Program-made: the position numbers and the translations under genes
Shown here: piece after piece, positions 6,712 to 16,425 of the stretch
How positions within the stretch are numbered: position 1 is the first letter of the stretch
Layout of the letters: each line of letters starts with the position of its first letter
The notes under the pieces: generated by a model
What the model saw: the letters and a program-made list of their open reading frames with translations, nothing else
Database searches by the model: none
Told to the model about the DNA's origin: nothing
Assembly: GCA_965228855.1 (NCBI GenBank)
Contig: CBDDIJ010000002.1
Location: 1,120,001 to 1,184,000, forward strand
Length of the DNA: 64,000 nucleotides
Source of the DNA: Candidatus Obscuribacterales bacterium
Lineage (GTDB): Bacteria; Cyanobacteriota; Vampirovibrionia; Obscuribacterales; Obscuribacteraceae
Direction: 5' to 3'

Positions 6712-9700
6712 ATGGCGTTTAAGAAGCGAGACAAAGGTGGCGAGGAGCGTGACCCGGCGGACATTGATGCGTCCCGGGCGGCTCGGCGTGCTGCCCGCGA
6801 CAAAGCGCTCGGGCGCAATCCGTCTGAGAATCAAAGTTCCTCGTCCGGGTCGGGGCGTCGCGACGACATAGAACAAGAGCCGCCTCGGCGCGAAATGCCC
6901 ATGACCGGTTCTGCTCGCGAGGTCAGGCGGCTGCGTCGAACCGGTCCAGACGTTGCCGCGCAAGTTGCTCAAATCAATTGTGACGAACTCGCTGCTGAGA
7001 TTGGCAAGAAGCGTCGACTGCTCTATATTGCGCTGGCGATTGTCGGCGCTGCGCTGGCTCTCTGTCTGGCGGCGAGTGTGTTTGGTTGGAAGCAAGTTTA
7101 TAGCGTTACCAGATTTTCGATAATTGCGATGCCAATCTGCATAGCGTTTGGCATGAACGATCTTTGTCTCTACATTGCAAAATCAAATCCTGTTCTTGCG
7201 CGGCGAATACTCACGGTGTTTTCGTTTGGAAACCCACACACCATCAGGACTCTAGCCTGGTTGTACATCGACACCGGTGATTACACGAAGGCGGAAAAAA
7301 TTATTGCTTCCGCTGTTCGCACCATCGATGCGAAGAAGAAGCTGCGTGATTATATTCTGATGCACGCTTTCCTCGCGAATCTTCGCGCGCACGTAGCGCG
7401 TATGGCCGAAGCCGAAGCATTGGTGCGGGAAGTCCTCACTGCTGCTGAGGATCACGATAATAACTTCCAGACTGATGGCTCTGCATTTCTGCTTGCGAAT
7501 ACTCTCAACTATGCCGCGCAACTCTGCGATCAGAAGGATAAGATCCAGGATGCGCTCGCCCTATCGCGGCGCGCGGTCAAGCTTTTGTGCGATCATAAAA
7601 AACCGCCGGCTGATGTTTGTCTCGTTGCTTTGTCGAATGCAGGCTACTATTGCAATGTTCTTGGAGAGTATCAAGACGCGCTTGTTTACTTGACCAAGGC
7701 GCATGAGCTGGCGACCAAAACCAATATCGCCCGCGACGGGCAGTGGGCATTTATTCTTTCAAATCTAGCGATCGCGAATCTCGGCATCGGTCGAAGCACG
7801 ATGTGCAAGCGCGCTCTCAATGATGCGGAAACAAGAGCTATGGCTCCTCTCGGCTTGTCGGAGCGCCCCCATCTTTACCAATGTTGGGCGATTTACCACT
7901 TTGCCAACGATCGTCTGGAGTACGCCTTGCAATCGTACGAACAGGCTATTGAATATTGCAGCTTGCAAAAACCGCGCGATAGTGTCGCTTTGCTGCGAAT
8001 CATCAAAGAATACTCCGTGCTCCTGCGTGAGGTTGGAAAAGTCGGAGAGGCTAGTGTGAATGAACAGCGCGTCACGCAGATTCGCGATACATTGTTCGTA
8101 AATGCGCTTGAGAAAAAGGACAAGAAAAGCAAAAAGTCCGGCAAGAAGAAAAAGGAATTGTCGGTGCCGACGGGTAAAGGGCGATTTCCTGCGCTATCTC
8201 TTATCATGGCGGGGTTGCTGGGCTTCGAAGTTTGGAGTTTCGGATTGCGCGTGGCGCCGTTCACGATGTGGGTTTTGTTTCTAGCATTTAGCGTAGTGTT
8301 TCTGATCAAAGTGGCCGCGAAGTATGGTCCCACCGTCAAGGAAGAAAGTTCGCAAGGCGCAATCAGCACAATTGTATCGGTGTTACCGTATGTCCGTTCA
8401 ATCGCGCCGGAAGTCAGAGTGTTGCCTCAAGCCGTTAGCGGTGCCATATTTGGTATTGCGATTGCGATTGGAGTGTTTGTCAACTTCACCAGTCCGGCAC
8501 CGAATATGGTGCCGCAGGAAGGGTTGCTTCCTTTTGAATACTTGCGTCTGGGTGATGAACTTTCAAGAAAACAAGTTTTCGACAAAGCTAAGGATGCGTT
8601 TGAACTCGCTATCAAGGGTGGTGAACAGCGCGCAGCCGTAAGACTCTTATTAGAGACGCCGCGAAATATGCCTTCAGCGGAAGCTCTCGATGATAATGCC
8701 AGAGCAGTGGAGATAGCTCAGGCTCAGCCGAAAGAGGCGGCCGCGCTCTGGCAAGCTTGTATTCGGCGTTATCCTGATTTCGAGTTTCCTTACATAAACT
8801 TGGCGAATATGTCGAGCCAGAAAGGCGAGGAAGGTGCGCTTGGATTGAGCATGACAGTGAGCAAAGCGGGGACTGAAGACAAGAGTGAAAGCACTGATGC
8901 ACGCCAATCTGCTAAATCCGACGAAGCGGAAAAACTGCTGAAGAAAGCGTTGCTAATAAATCCGAACTGCGAATTGGCGCTTACCAACATGGCTTTGTTG
9001 CAGACTCGACGGGGGCGCCATAAGGCGGGATTGAAATACCTCAATCGTATAACAGCGCTGAAGAACGGCGAGACGCCTGAAGACTTGGAGTTTGAGAACG
9101 TCGATGTTTCTGTCCATTCAGAGACGCGCGAGGACGAGGATACACCGGATTCGGATTCCAAATCCGCACTTGTCGGACCGGAGAAAGCTGAGAATAGACA
9201 GTCTGCAACCGAGCGAGCCAAAGTTGAGAAGTCGAATGCCGGGATGAAGAACGAGGCCACGAAAGTTGAGCAGCGCCTTCAACCAAAGACCGAGCCTAAA
9301 GCTGCAATCATCGTAACTAAAAAAGGCGATGTGGTTCCGAAACCAGATCCGAAGCCCGCTGCGGTTGTTCCGAAAGTGGATACGCCTCAGAAATCGGACT
9401 CGAAGAAAGTCATTCCACCATCTAAAGCGGTCTCGTCGCCAGCATCATCGGAGCATGGCGATTTGCGAAAGACATCAAAAGCTGCCGATGACGACGGCTG
9501 GGAAACGACGCCGCTCAAATCCGTTCCAATCAAAAAGCCGGCGGCGGCAGTTGAACAAAAGAACTGGTTGCAGAAGGCTGAAGATGACGCAAAAGCGAAG
9601 GCTAAGAGCGAGAACGGAAACGCTGGTACTGGTCGCTTAAATGATACAAAAGCGAAAGCAGACAAGGCACATGCTGACAAAGCACAAGGCAATCAGGCAA

Positions 9701-9909
9701 AAGCTGAAGTAAAAACCGACAAAGCAAAGGTCAGTCAGGCAAAGGCTGAGCAACTAAAAGCCGACAAAGCAAAAACCGAGAAGGCGAACCTTGAGAAAGC
9801 CTTAGCTGACAAAGCGAAAGCTGATAAGGAAAAGGCGCGGAAAAAACGATACGCCGAGCGGCACAAAGACGACTGGATGAAGCTCAGCCCTGACGATACG
9901 GACTGGTGA
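6712..9909 (+). CDS. Large membrane protein with TPRs and Lys/Ala-rich C-terminal tail
   Basis: 1065 aa; two hydrophobic clusters, TPR arrays, KADKA-type repeats near the C-terminus. Confidence 0.8.
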   Translation: MAFKKRDKGGEERDPADIDASRAARRAARDKALGRNPSENQSSSSGSGRRDDIEQEPPRREMPMTGSAREVRRLRRTGPDVAAQVAQINCDELAAEIGKKRRLLYIALAIVGAALALCLAASVFGWKQVYSVTRFSIIAMPICIAFGMNDLCLYIAKSNPVLARRILTVFSFGNPHTIRTLAWLYIDTGDYTKAEKIIASAVRTIDAKKKLRDYILMHAFLANLRAHVARMAEAEALVREVLTAAEDHDNNFQTDGSAFLLANTLNYAAQLCDQKDKIQDALALSRRAVKLLCDHKKPPADVCLVALSNAGYYCNVLGEYQDALVYLTKAHELATKTNIARDGQWAFILSNLAIANLGIGRSTMCKRALNDAETRAMAPLGLSERPHLYQCWAIYHFANDRLEYALQSYEQAIEYCSLQKPRDSVALLRIIKEYSVLLREVGKVGEASVNEQRVTQIRDTLFVNALEKKDKKSKKSGKKKKELSVPTGKGRFPALSLIMAGLLGFEVWSFGLRVAPFTMWVLFLAFSVVFLIKVAAKYGPTVKEESSQGAISTIVSVLPYVRSIAPEVRVLPQAVSGAIFGIAIAIGVFVNFTSPAPNMVPQEGLLPFEYLRLGDELSRKQVFDKAKDAFELAIKGGEQRAAVRLLLETPRNMPSAEALDDNARAVEIAQAQPKEAAALWQACIRRYPDFEFPYINLANMSSQKGEEGALGLSMTVSKAGTEDKSESTDARQSAKSDEAEKLLKKALLINPNCELALTNMALLQTRRGRHKAGLKYLNRITALKNGETPEDLEFENVDVSVHSETREDEDTPDSDSKSALVGPEKAENRQSATERAKVEKSNAGMKNEATKVEQRLQPKTEPKAAIIVTKKGDVVPKPDPKPAAVVPKVDTPQKSDSKKVIPPSKAVSSPASSEHGDLRKTSKAADDDGWETTPLKSVPIKKPAAAVEQKNWLQKAEDDAKAKAKSENGNAGTGRLNDTKAKADKAHADKAQGNQAKAEVKTDKAKVSQAKAEQLKADKAKTEKANLEKALADKAKADKEKARKKRYAERHKDDWMKLSPDDTDW

Positions 9910-9965
9910 CGGCATTTTCTGTTCCTGGTTGATAAGATGTGCCACTACTGCTGGTATGACAATCT

Positions 9966-11507
9966 CTACGGCAGATTTGCAATGTTCGCGCGCTTCATGG
10001 CGGTCAGCCGCTCGCGTTGAGCGACGAGATGCTCGACGTTGACGAAAGAATTACCGCTTGCTACGGCAACGAGATATCCATCGTCGGTAATTCGTGGCGG
10101 CGCGTTACGCCCCAGTTTTTCCTGAAAGACACGCTGCAGTGCTTCGTCTTCGCGCGGCACTGCTTCTCCGCTGATGCTTACGGTCTGTTGTGTGTTGAGA
10201 TTGCCAAATTCTGAGCCACTGAATGTAATACCAGTGCCGTCTACAGTGTAACGTCCCTCGCGTCTACCGCCTTGCTCAGCGCCCGGCTGGAAGCGGATCG
10301 GAAGTACGCCGTTGCCTGGTGTAATGCCGGCGTGTGACGTCGTGAATTTATCAGGCTTGCCGGTTTTCGGATCGACCGATGATAGTTCATGGTTTGCCAG
10401 AAGGAACTCAACGCCAACTGTATTTGCACCGTCATTTGCGGCGGCATGCCAAACCTCCACGCCCATGCCTTTAAGTCTCTCTATTGATTTGTTCGTTTCT
10501 AGAGCATTCTGTGCCCAGTTTCTAATCACTTCGCTTTTACCGTTATCAGAGGCTACTCCTCCGAGTCTTTTCAGGACATCTTTTTGCATGTCCGGATTTT
10601 TGATGTTTTCCGGTGTTATCTTATTTTCCGCGTTAGAGCCTAAGAGATAATTGAGCTGGTCGAAGGTCAGGTCCGGATTGCCGACGCTCGCATTGATTAC
10701 ATCGCCCTTGCCGAGCTGGAGTTTGCCGGCATCAATCATGTCGGCCATGCCATTGAGAGTTTGTGCAAAACCGTACGCTGAGCTGTTTGGTTCTACTCGC
10801 AGTGTATTGAAACCGTTTTTCTCTGCCATCCTGGCGCTGAATTCGCCATGTGTGAAGCCCGTTTCGGTATCTGTGCGAACGCCTTTCTCGGTGACGCCGC
10901 TAACGCGATTGACCGGCAATTCGATTTTTTGACCGATCACGAGGCTGTTTGTCCGCTTATCGAACTGCAGGCTGGGCGAACTTGTGTTCTTGAAATAGTC
11001 GACGAATGCTACTGTCGGTCGGCTTTGATCGAATTTTGTCGGGTCGCCCTGAATTTGGAACGGCTCGGTCTTGGCTGCGTCGGCAGGTTGCGGCGGCACC
11101 TCCGCTTTTCGCTCTTGTGGAGGCTTTCGCTCGCCCTCGACTCCACCGTGACGAACTTCGCCTTTTGCTTTCGGTTTTGTTTTTCGAGTAGCATCAAACG
11201 TGCCGTCGCCCGAATCATCGCGATTGAGCGCCTGCTCGATATCGGGTTGACCTGGGCGGCCGGCTGTCGTTGTGGATTCTGGTTTTAGTTCCTTTTGCTC
11301 AAATCCGTTTGACCCAGACCCGGAGAGTGGATCGTTTTGGCTGAAGTCGAGAACGCCTGGTTCGCTTCCAGCCTTTGTCGCCGGAGATAGAGCAGAACGG
11401 CTTGAATCCGACTTGAACAGATCGATTCTGTCGATCTGAGGATGAGCGGAATCGTTAGCAGCGCTGAGCCGTTCCGGCTCGATTCCCGAGTCATTTCTGT
11501 CAGACAT
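9966..11507 (-). CDS. Divergent subtilisin-like (S8) serine protease with disordered N-terminus
   Basis: Motifs in S8 order: VAFVD (Asp), THGEF (His), VINASVG, AAAND (oxyanion Asn), SGNSF (Ser). Confidence 0.7.
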   Translation of the reverse strand: MSDRNDSGIEPERLSAANDSAHPQIDRIDLFKSDSSRSALSPATKAGSEPGVLDFSQNDPLSGSGSNGFEQKELKPESTTTAGRPGQPDIEQALNRDDSGDGTFDATRKTKPKAKGEVRHGGVEGERKPPQERKAEVPPQPADAAKTEPFQIQGDPTKFDQSRPTVAFVDYFKNTSSPSLQFDKRTNSLVIGQKIELPVNRVSGVTEKGVRTDTETGFTHGEFSARMAEKNGFNTLRVEPNSSAYGFAQTLNGMADMIDAGKLQLGKGDVINASVGNPDLTFDQLNYLLGSNAENKITPENIKNPDMQKDVLKRLGGVASDNGKSEVIRNWAQNALETNKSIERLKGMGVEVWHAAANDGANTVGVEFLLANHELSSVDPKTGKPDKFTTSHAGITPGNGVLPIRFQPGAEQGGRREGRYTVDGTGITFSGSEFGNLNTQQTVSISGEAVPREDEALQRVFQEKLGRNAPPRITDDGYLVAVASGNSFVNVEHLVAQRERLTAMKRANIANLP

Positions 11508-11653
11508 AATTAGTAAGGTGAACCAGCGGTATCAGTAACGTATCATCACTGCGTTACCGCTTCGTGACAGACCGAGGGGGCGTGTTCGAACTCGCTATCT
11601 CGGTCAAAAGTTGGTCGAAGGCGAACTTCTTGGTTGGGTTGGGTTGGGGTCGC

Positions 11654-12742
11654 TCACTTCGTCAAATCCACGACTATCGATTCAACGGGCGTGACGTCTT
11701 TCAGCTTGGCGTGCGGATCCAGATTATTGGAATGCAAAACTACAGTGTAGACGCCAGGTTTCTGATATCGATGTGCAAAAGTTTTCTCTGTCATTTTGAG
11801 AAGCGCCTTTCCATCGTATTTTTCAGCGGCATCTTTCGTTCCGTCTCCCCAGTCCAAACTGTAAGAAAAGCATGAAGGGTGATTGACCGTGTACTTGAGC
11901 GCGACTGCTAAACGGTCGTTGCTTTGTGGTTCTTGCTTCAATCCGCCGTGGGACGAAACATATCGCTTCGTCATAGTAAATTCGCGAGTGGAGCGCGCCA
12001 AAATTGTTTTGCCTTGCGCGTCGAGCATTTGCAAAACCATTCGGAACTTCGTGTTGCCCTCCCGCAAAGCTCTTTCGTATCCATCAAACGATGGGGTGCT
12101 AAACCGTCTTTCGCTGTTTGAATTGTTGTGTGCGATGTTTTTCACTACATCCTCTGCAACCACTTTGTCTCCGCAAACCAACTGAAGGTGCAGATCAACG
12201 CGCCGATCCGTAGTCATGCTCCATCGAACGACTGGGAAATCTTGGTAATTAAACGTTTCCCCACCTCGAGGCTCTTGAATTTGCAGCGTGCAGCTTTGTG
12301 TTGCAGCACCGCCGACGGTGACATTGGTCCAGCTCTTCCAATTGTAGATGGGCGCGTCAGTTGGGCCCGGCGTGTACGTCGATGCGCTGACCGTATAGGT
12401 TCCTGGAACTGTGTATGTGTGCGTGAACAAAGACTCTCGATTTTGATTAGTCGAGTCGTAACTCTCCCTCAGTTGTTTTTGTCCATCGCCCCAATTGATA
12501 CTAAAGCCGGTGCCTCCTATTGAGGCGCGTCCGTTCCAATTCCTGACTTTTGTCAGCAAAACATCAGGTCCGGTAATTGTCACCCTGAGCGGTGCTGCAC
12601 CGGACTCCGGAGTTACTTGAATTGGCTGCCCTCCGTCCGCAACACCATTCTTGTAGCGAGTGAAACCCTGAGCCCAGCACATCTGAGTGTAACTCAGTGA
12701 GCTGAGCATTAGCAGGAAGATGATGACACGAAGCAGGTTCAT
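11654..12742 (-). CDS. Secreted protein with two PKD (Ig-like) domains
   Basis: Signal peptide; INWGDG..HTYTVPGTYTV and LDWGDG..HRYQKPGVYTV. Confidence 0.85.
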   Translation of the reverse strand: MNLLRVIIFLLMLSSLSYTQMCWAQGFTRYKNGVADGGQPIQVTPESGAAPLRVTITGPDVLLTKVRNWNGRASIGGTGFSINWGDGQKQLRESYDSTNQNRESLFTHTYTVPGTYTVSASTYTPGPTDAPIYNWKSWTNVTVGGAATQSCTLQIQEPRGGETFNYQDFPVVRWSMTTDRRVDLHLQLVCGDKVVAEDVVKNIAHNNSNSERRFSTPSFDGYERALREGNTKFRMVLQMLDAQGKTILARSTREFTMTKRYVSSHGGLKQEPQSNDRLAVALKYTVNHPSCFSYSLDWGDGTKDAAEKYDGKALLKMTEKTFAHRYQKPGVYTVVLHSNNLDPHAKLKDVTPVESIVVDLTK

Positions 12743-12935
12743 TGATTAATCGTGAAAGAAGACGACGCGAGTGAGACTGAAATTCCATTGAAGCACAAAA
12801 TTCAAAATCTTCGTTCAGTTTCCTGCTTGCGGGTTGCATCTGCGCTACGTGGGAGCTGGAATTCGTATGGGACTACGCGCATGATCCTCGAAGCCAGAAG
12901 GAGTAGCCGGCTGGCACCTCCTTCTGTTTCGCCGG

Positions 12936-13463
12936 TTAGATGCTCACCGTTGCTCTGTCAATCCAGGGAGCCGGATCGTTTCTTTTGAAGCCGTCCGATT
13001 CGTAGCCGTGCTTGCTCAGCTCTTCTCTAAAAGCTTCCGGATTGTCTGCGGCTTCTATCATCGTTTTTGCCACTACTCCGATTGCAGCCTGCCACGTATC
13101 AGCCATCGATTGAGTCCACTCACCCTCCTTACTCAAGTGTTCAGCCAGAACAGCCATTAGGTTCTCGCCGACGGCGTCGTAATGCGCGTTCTCTGTTTTG
13201 TATTTCAGGTGTCTGATTCCCATGGCGTGAAGGTACGGTAAAAGTCGCTCCGGTTGCTCGACTCCGGCTACGATAGCGCCAAGCGAAGCCATCAGTTTTT
13301 TATGCTGCTCCTCAGGAGGCGTGTTAAACAGCGGTCTGACCGAAGGATATTTTTCGAACAACCTTTTATAGAAGCTCATCCCTAGTGCCTTCGTGCCACC
13401 ATTTTCCTCTTTGGCGCGATTGAAGGTTTCTCTCAAAAGTGCAACATCTAACGACATAATCAA
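12936..13463 (-). CDS. Single-domain globin (flavohaemoglobin/Vgb-type globin domain)
   Basis: FYKRLF (TyrB10), PLF (PheCD1), Gln E7, GIRHLKY (HisF8), HYDAVG; no reductase domain. Confidence 0.9.
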   Translation of the reverse strand: MIMSLDVALLRETFNRAKEENGGTKALGMSFYKRLFEKYPSVRPLFNTPPEEQHKKLMASLGAIVAGVEQPERLLPYLHAMGIRHLKYKTENAHYDAVGENLMAVLAEHLSKEGEWTQSMADTWQAAIGVVAKTMIEAADNPEAFREELSKHGYESDGFKRNDPAPWIDRATVSI

Positions 13464-13675
13464 ACTCCTTTGTTTTCCGTAAACAGCTGTAAGTCGCGCA
13501 TCAACGCTTCTAAATCATCTATGTGGCACATGCTGTCGCAGATGCCTAACTCGGTGTCCAGAATGCTTTCGTCGCATTCGCAAGGAACATTGACTCCGTG
13601 ATTCTCGAAAACCCGCACTGCATCTGGATATGCGTCCAGAATGCTTTTCACCGTGGTCTCTTCTGTAATAATCAT
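13460..13675 (-). CDS. Small DUF1858/ScdA-N-like Cys-containing protein
   Basis: ITEETTVKSILDAYPDAVRVFENHG..C pattern; stop overlaps the globin start (ATGA). Confidence 0.75.
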   Translation of the reverse strand: MIITEETTVKSILDAYPDAVRVFENHGVNVPCECDESILDTELGICDSMCHIDDLEALMRDLQLFTENKGV

Positions 13676-13716
13676 GTGCTTCCATCCTTTTAAAAACCGC
13701 CAGCGCGCTTTGCGCT

Positions 13717-13782
13717 CTAGCGCTTATTGCCTTTGAAAAACGAATTGAGACTGTCGTTGCATAACGTGCAAATGACTTTCAT
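13717..13782 (-). CDS. 21-aa CxxC micro-ORF MKVICTLCNDSLNSFFKGNKR
   Basis: Strong RBS AAAGGAGG (13791-13798) 8 nt before the ATG; first ORF after a consensus promoter; below the ORF-track cutoff. Confidence 0.6.
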   Translation of the reverse strand: MKVICTLCNDSLNSFFKGNKR

Positions 13783-13827
13783 GTTTTCGTCCTCCTTTGA
13801 ATTGTCGGCAAAAAGACCTTTATGTCC

Positions 13828-13855
13828 ATAATAGCACTGGCGGAAGGTCTGTCAA
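13828..13855 (-). promoter_or_regulatory. Sigma70-type promoter of the micro-ORF/DUF1858/globin operon
   Basis: TTGACA-16 nt-TATTAT with an extended TGn element. Confidence 0.7.
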
Positions 13856-13918
13856 GGCTCGAAAGCCCCATTGTGTGGTATTATGTACAAAAGGATATAT
13901 TTGTTGGGAAGAGGCGGT

Positions 13919-14353
13919 ATGATCTCACAAACTGCGGAATATGCCTTGCGTGCAATGGTCTTTTTGGCGATGCAAAAATCGCCCGCGGTTGGCCACGAGA
14001 TAGCTGCCGTGACCAAGGTGCCGCCGGGTTACTTGAGTAAACTCATGCAGCAGCTCGTAAAATCCAAGCTCGTAAATTCTCAGCGCGGCATCGGCGGCGG
14101 GTTTGTTTTGGCGAAAGCTCCCGTCGATATCTCGATACTGGACGTCGTAAACGCTGTGGATCCAATCGAGAAAATCACAAGCTGCCCTCTCGACATTATG
14201 TCTCACGGACTGAATCTCTGCCCATTACATAAACGGCTCTCTTTAGCTACTGCGCAGGTAGAACAAGCGTTTGCCCAATCCAACCTGAGTGAACTGGTTG
14301 AAGAGTCGAGGAGTCCTCTCTGTACAAGTGTGCCGTTAGAGTCCGGTGGCTGA
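13919..14353 (+). CDS. Rrf2 family transcriptional regulator
   Basis: SQTAEYALRA, VPPGYLSKLMQQL, SQRGIGGGFVL, CPL..H...LCPLH; divergent from the globin operon. Confidence 0.92.
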   Translation: MISQTAEYALRAMVFLAMQKSPAVGHEIAAVTKVPPGYLSKLMQQLVKSKLVNSQRGIGGGFVLAKAPVDISILDVVNAVDPIEKITSCPLDIMSHGLNLCPLHKRLSLATAQVEQAFAQSNLSELVEESRSPLCTSVPLESGG

Positions 14354-14384
14354 GTTAAAGGAAGGCCGTTCTCGAGAATGATGT

Positions 14385-14642
14385 TTAGTCATCGTTTATT
14401 ATCTGAAACGTACATGGTCCGTAGGCTTTCTGGGCTAACTCCGGTCCAACGATTCGGTCGGCCATCAGTCTCCGTATTTCATCAGCGGACGCCTGGGGAT
14501 AGCGACTCTCCAGATCGCTTCGGACAAAAAGTAGCATTGCCTCCCGCATTTCTCCTGCTATCTCCAACTTGCGCCAGGCGGGTGCTTCTCGGAAGAATTT
14601 GAATTGAATTTTCTCGACTGAAGGAGAGGTGTCGGCATTCAT
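14385..14642 (-). CDS. Small helical hypothetical protein (DTSP...RYPQAS..EIRR type)
   Basis: Resembles small proteins often found beside nucleotidyltransferase genes; start placed at ATG 14642. Confidence 0.55.
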   Translation of the reverse strand: MNADTSPSVEKIQFKFFREAPAWRKLEIAGEMREAMLLFVRSDLESRYPQASADEIRRLMADRIVGPELAQKAYGPCTFQIINDD

Positions 14643-14926
14643 GGAGCGCCAACTAGGCGGCTGGTTGCTTTTGTTTTCTTCCTTATGAATGGATGGACTC
14701 ATTGCCGCTCTAACTCAACTTTGAACAATTGATCGTGTCGCATCTATAAATTTTGCGCTAAGGACGATGATTATAGCAGTTCCAGATATCCCGATGAAAA
14801 CCTGCGCTGCACAAGCCTTTCAATGAATCGCCCGTTCCAGGATTCCAGGTCCGAAAATAGCGAGCCCTAAAATTTCGAACGTGATTCAATTTACTGACTG
14901 AACTTCCGAATTCTCGAGGTGAAAAA

Positions 14927-16354
14927 ATGCCAAGTTCGTCGACGCTGGATCTCGCCGTTATCGCAGCCAAAAGCTGGCTTGAAGAAATCAACGAAAGACC
15001 TGTCGGTGCCAGCGACGATGTTGAAACTTTGCGTGCCAAGTTGATCTCCAACCTGAGTGACGAGGGCTCGTCGCCTGAAGAAGTCGTCAGCGATTTAGTC
15101 GAAGCAACAAAGGGCGGTCTTCTAGGAAGTGCCGGCGGTAGGTTTTTCGCATGGGTTATCGGCGGGTCCTTGCCTTCTGCTTTAGCAGCAGATTGGCTTA
15201 CTTCAACCTGGGATCAGAACGCTGCTCTTTACGCCTGTGGTCCGGCCGCAAGCGTGGTCGAAGAAATCGCAGGTGAGTGGATCAAAGAACTCTTGCATTT
15301 GCCGCGACAGTCATCATTCGCCTTTACGACCGGCTGCCAACTAGCGCACTTTACTTGCCTCGCTGCGGCACGAGCTGCGCAGCTGAAGAAGGTCGGTTGG
15401 AACATCAATGAAGACGGACTGTTCGGTGCGCCCATAATCCGCGTGCTAACGTCCGAACATCGGCACGCATCAATTGACCGTGCTGTTAGATACTTGGGCC
15501 TGGGAAATAGATCTCTCGTCTCTATTGAGACGGATAGCGAAGGACGAATTCGACCTGAAAATCTAAAACGTACTCTGAGTGCGTCAAGTGCGCCCACGAT
15601 CCTGGTTCTTAATGCAGCAGATCTAAACATCGCAGCGTTTGATCCGTTTGAGGAACTCATTCCGATAGCGAAAGAAACCGGTGCGTGGGTTCATATTGAC
15701 GGCGCGTTTGGATTGTTTGCACGAGCAAGCAAACAAAAATTTCATTTAACCGCAGGTTTGGAACTCGCTGATAGCTGGGCAACCGACGGTCATAAATGGC
15801 TCAACGTGCCGTTCGATTGCGGTATCGCGATTGTAAAAGATCGGGATGCTCATCGCGAAGCGATGACAATTAGTGCCTCGTACATTGCTCCGGAAAATCA
15901 GGCGCGCGATCAGATTGATTGGAATCCTGAGTGGTCGCGGCGGGCTCGTGGAATTCCTGTTTATGCCGCTCTCCGAGAGTTGGGTAAGGATGGAGTTGCG
16001 GATTTGGTCGATCGCACTTCGCGATACTGTCACACGATAGTCACCGAGATCGACAAAATTCCAGGCGCAAAAATGATGTGGGAACCTCAACTCAATCAAG
16101 GTCTGCTTCGCTTTCTCGACCTTCGCCCAGGCGCTACTGAAGCGGATCATGATAGAAGAACAGATGCAGTTATCGCCGAAGTAAATGCTAGTGGCGAAGC
16201 ATTCTTCTCGGGTACAACCTGGAACGGTTTGAAAGCGATGAGAGTAAGCGTCGTGAATTGGCGCACAAATGATGAAGACGTCAAACGTACTATCCGCGCT
16301 GTAGAAAACGTTGTCCGCGAACTACAGAAAACCGAGTCGGAGCCGGCTTGCTAG
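14927..16354 (+). CDS. Group II PLP-dependent decarboxylase (aromatic amino acid/glutamate decarboxylase family)
   Basis: WVHIDGAFG, ADSWATDGHKWLNVPFDCG (PLP Lys), EWSRRARG. Confidence 0.92.
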   Translation: MPSSSTLDLAVIAAKSWLEEINERPVGASDDVETLRAKLISNLSDEGSSPEEVVSDLVEATKGGLLGSAGGRFFAWVIGGSLPSALAADWLTSTWDQNAALYACGPAASVVEEIAGEWIKELLHLPRQSSFAFTTGCQLAHFTCLAAARAAQLKKVGWNINEDGLFGAPIIRVLTSEHRHASIDRAVRYLGLGNRSLVSIETDSEGRIRPENLKRTLSASSAPTILVLNAADLNIAAFDPFEELIPIAKETGAWVHIDGAFGLFARASKQKFHLTAGLELADSWATDGHKWLNVPFDCGIAIVKDRDAHREAMTISASYIAPENQARDQIDWNPEWSRRARGIPVYAALRELGKDGVADLVDRTSRYCHTIVTEIDKIPGAKMMWEPQLNQGLLRFLDLRPGATEADHDRRTDAVIAEVNASGEAFFSGTTWNGLKAMRVSVVNWRTNDEDVKRTIRAVENVVRELQKTESEPAC

Positions 16355-16425
16355 AGTAATTGGTTAGTCGCGATGTATGCCACGCCTAAGATGTACGGCG
16401 ATCCGGTCTTGTTGAAATTGTCCCT

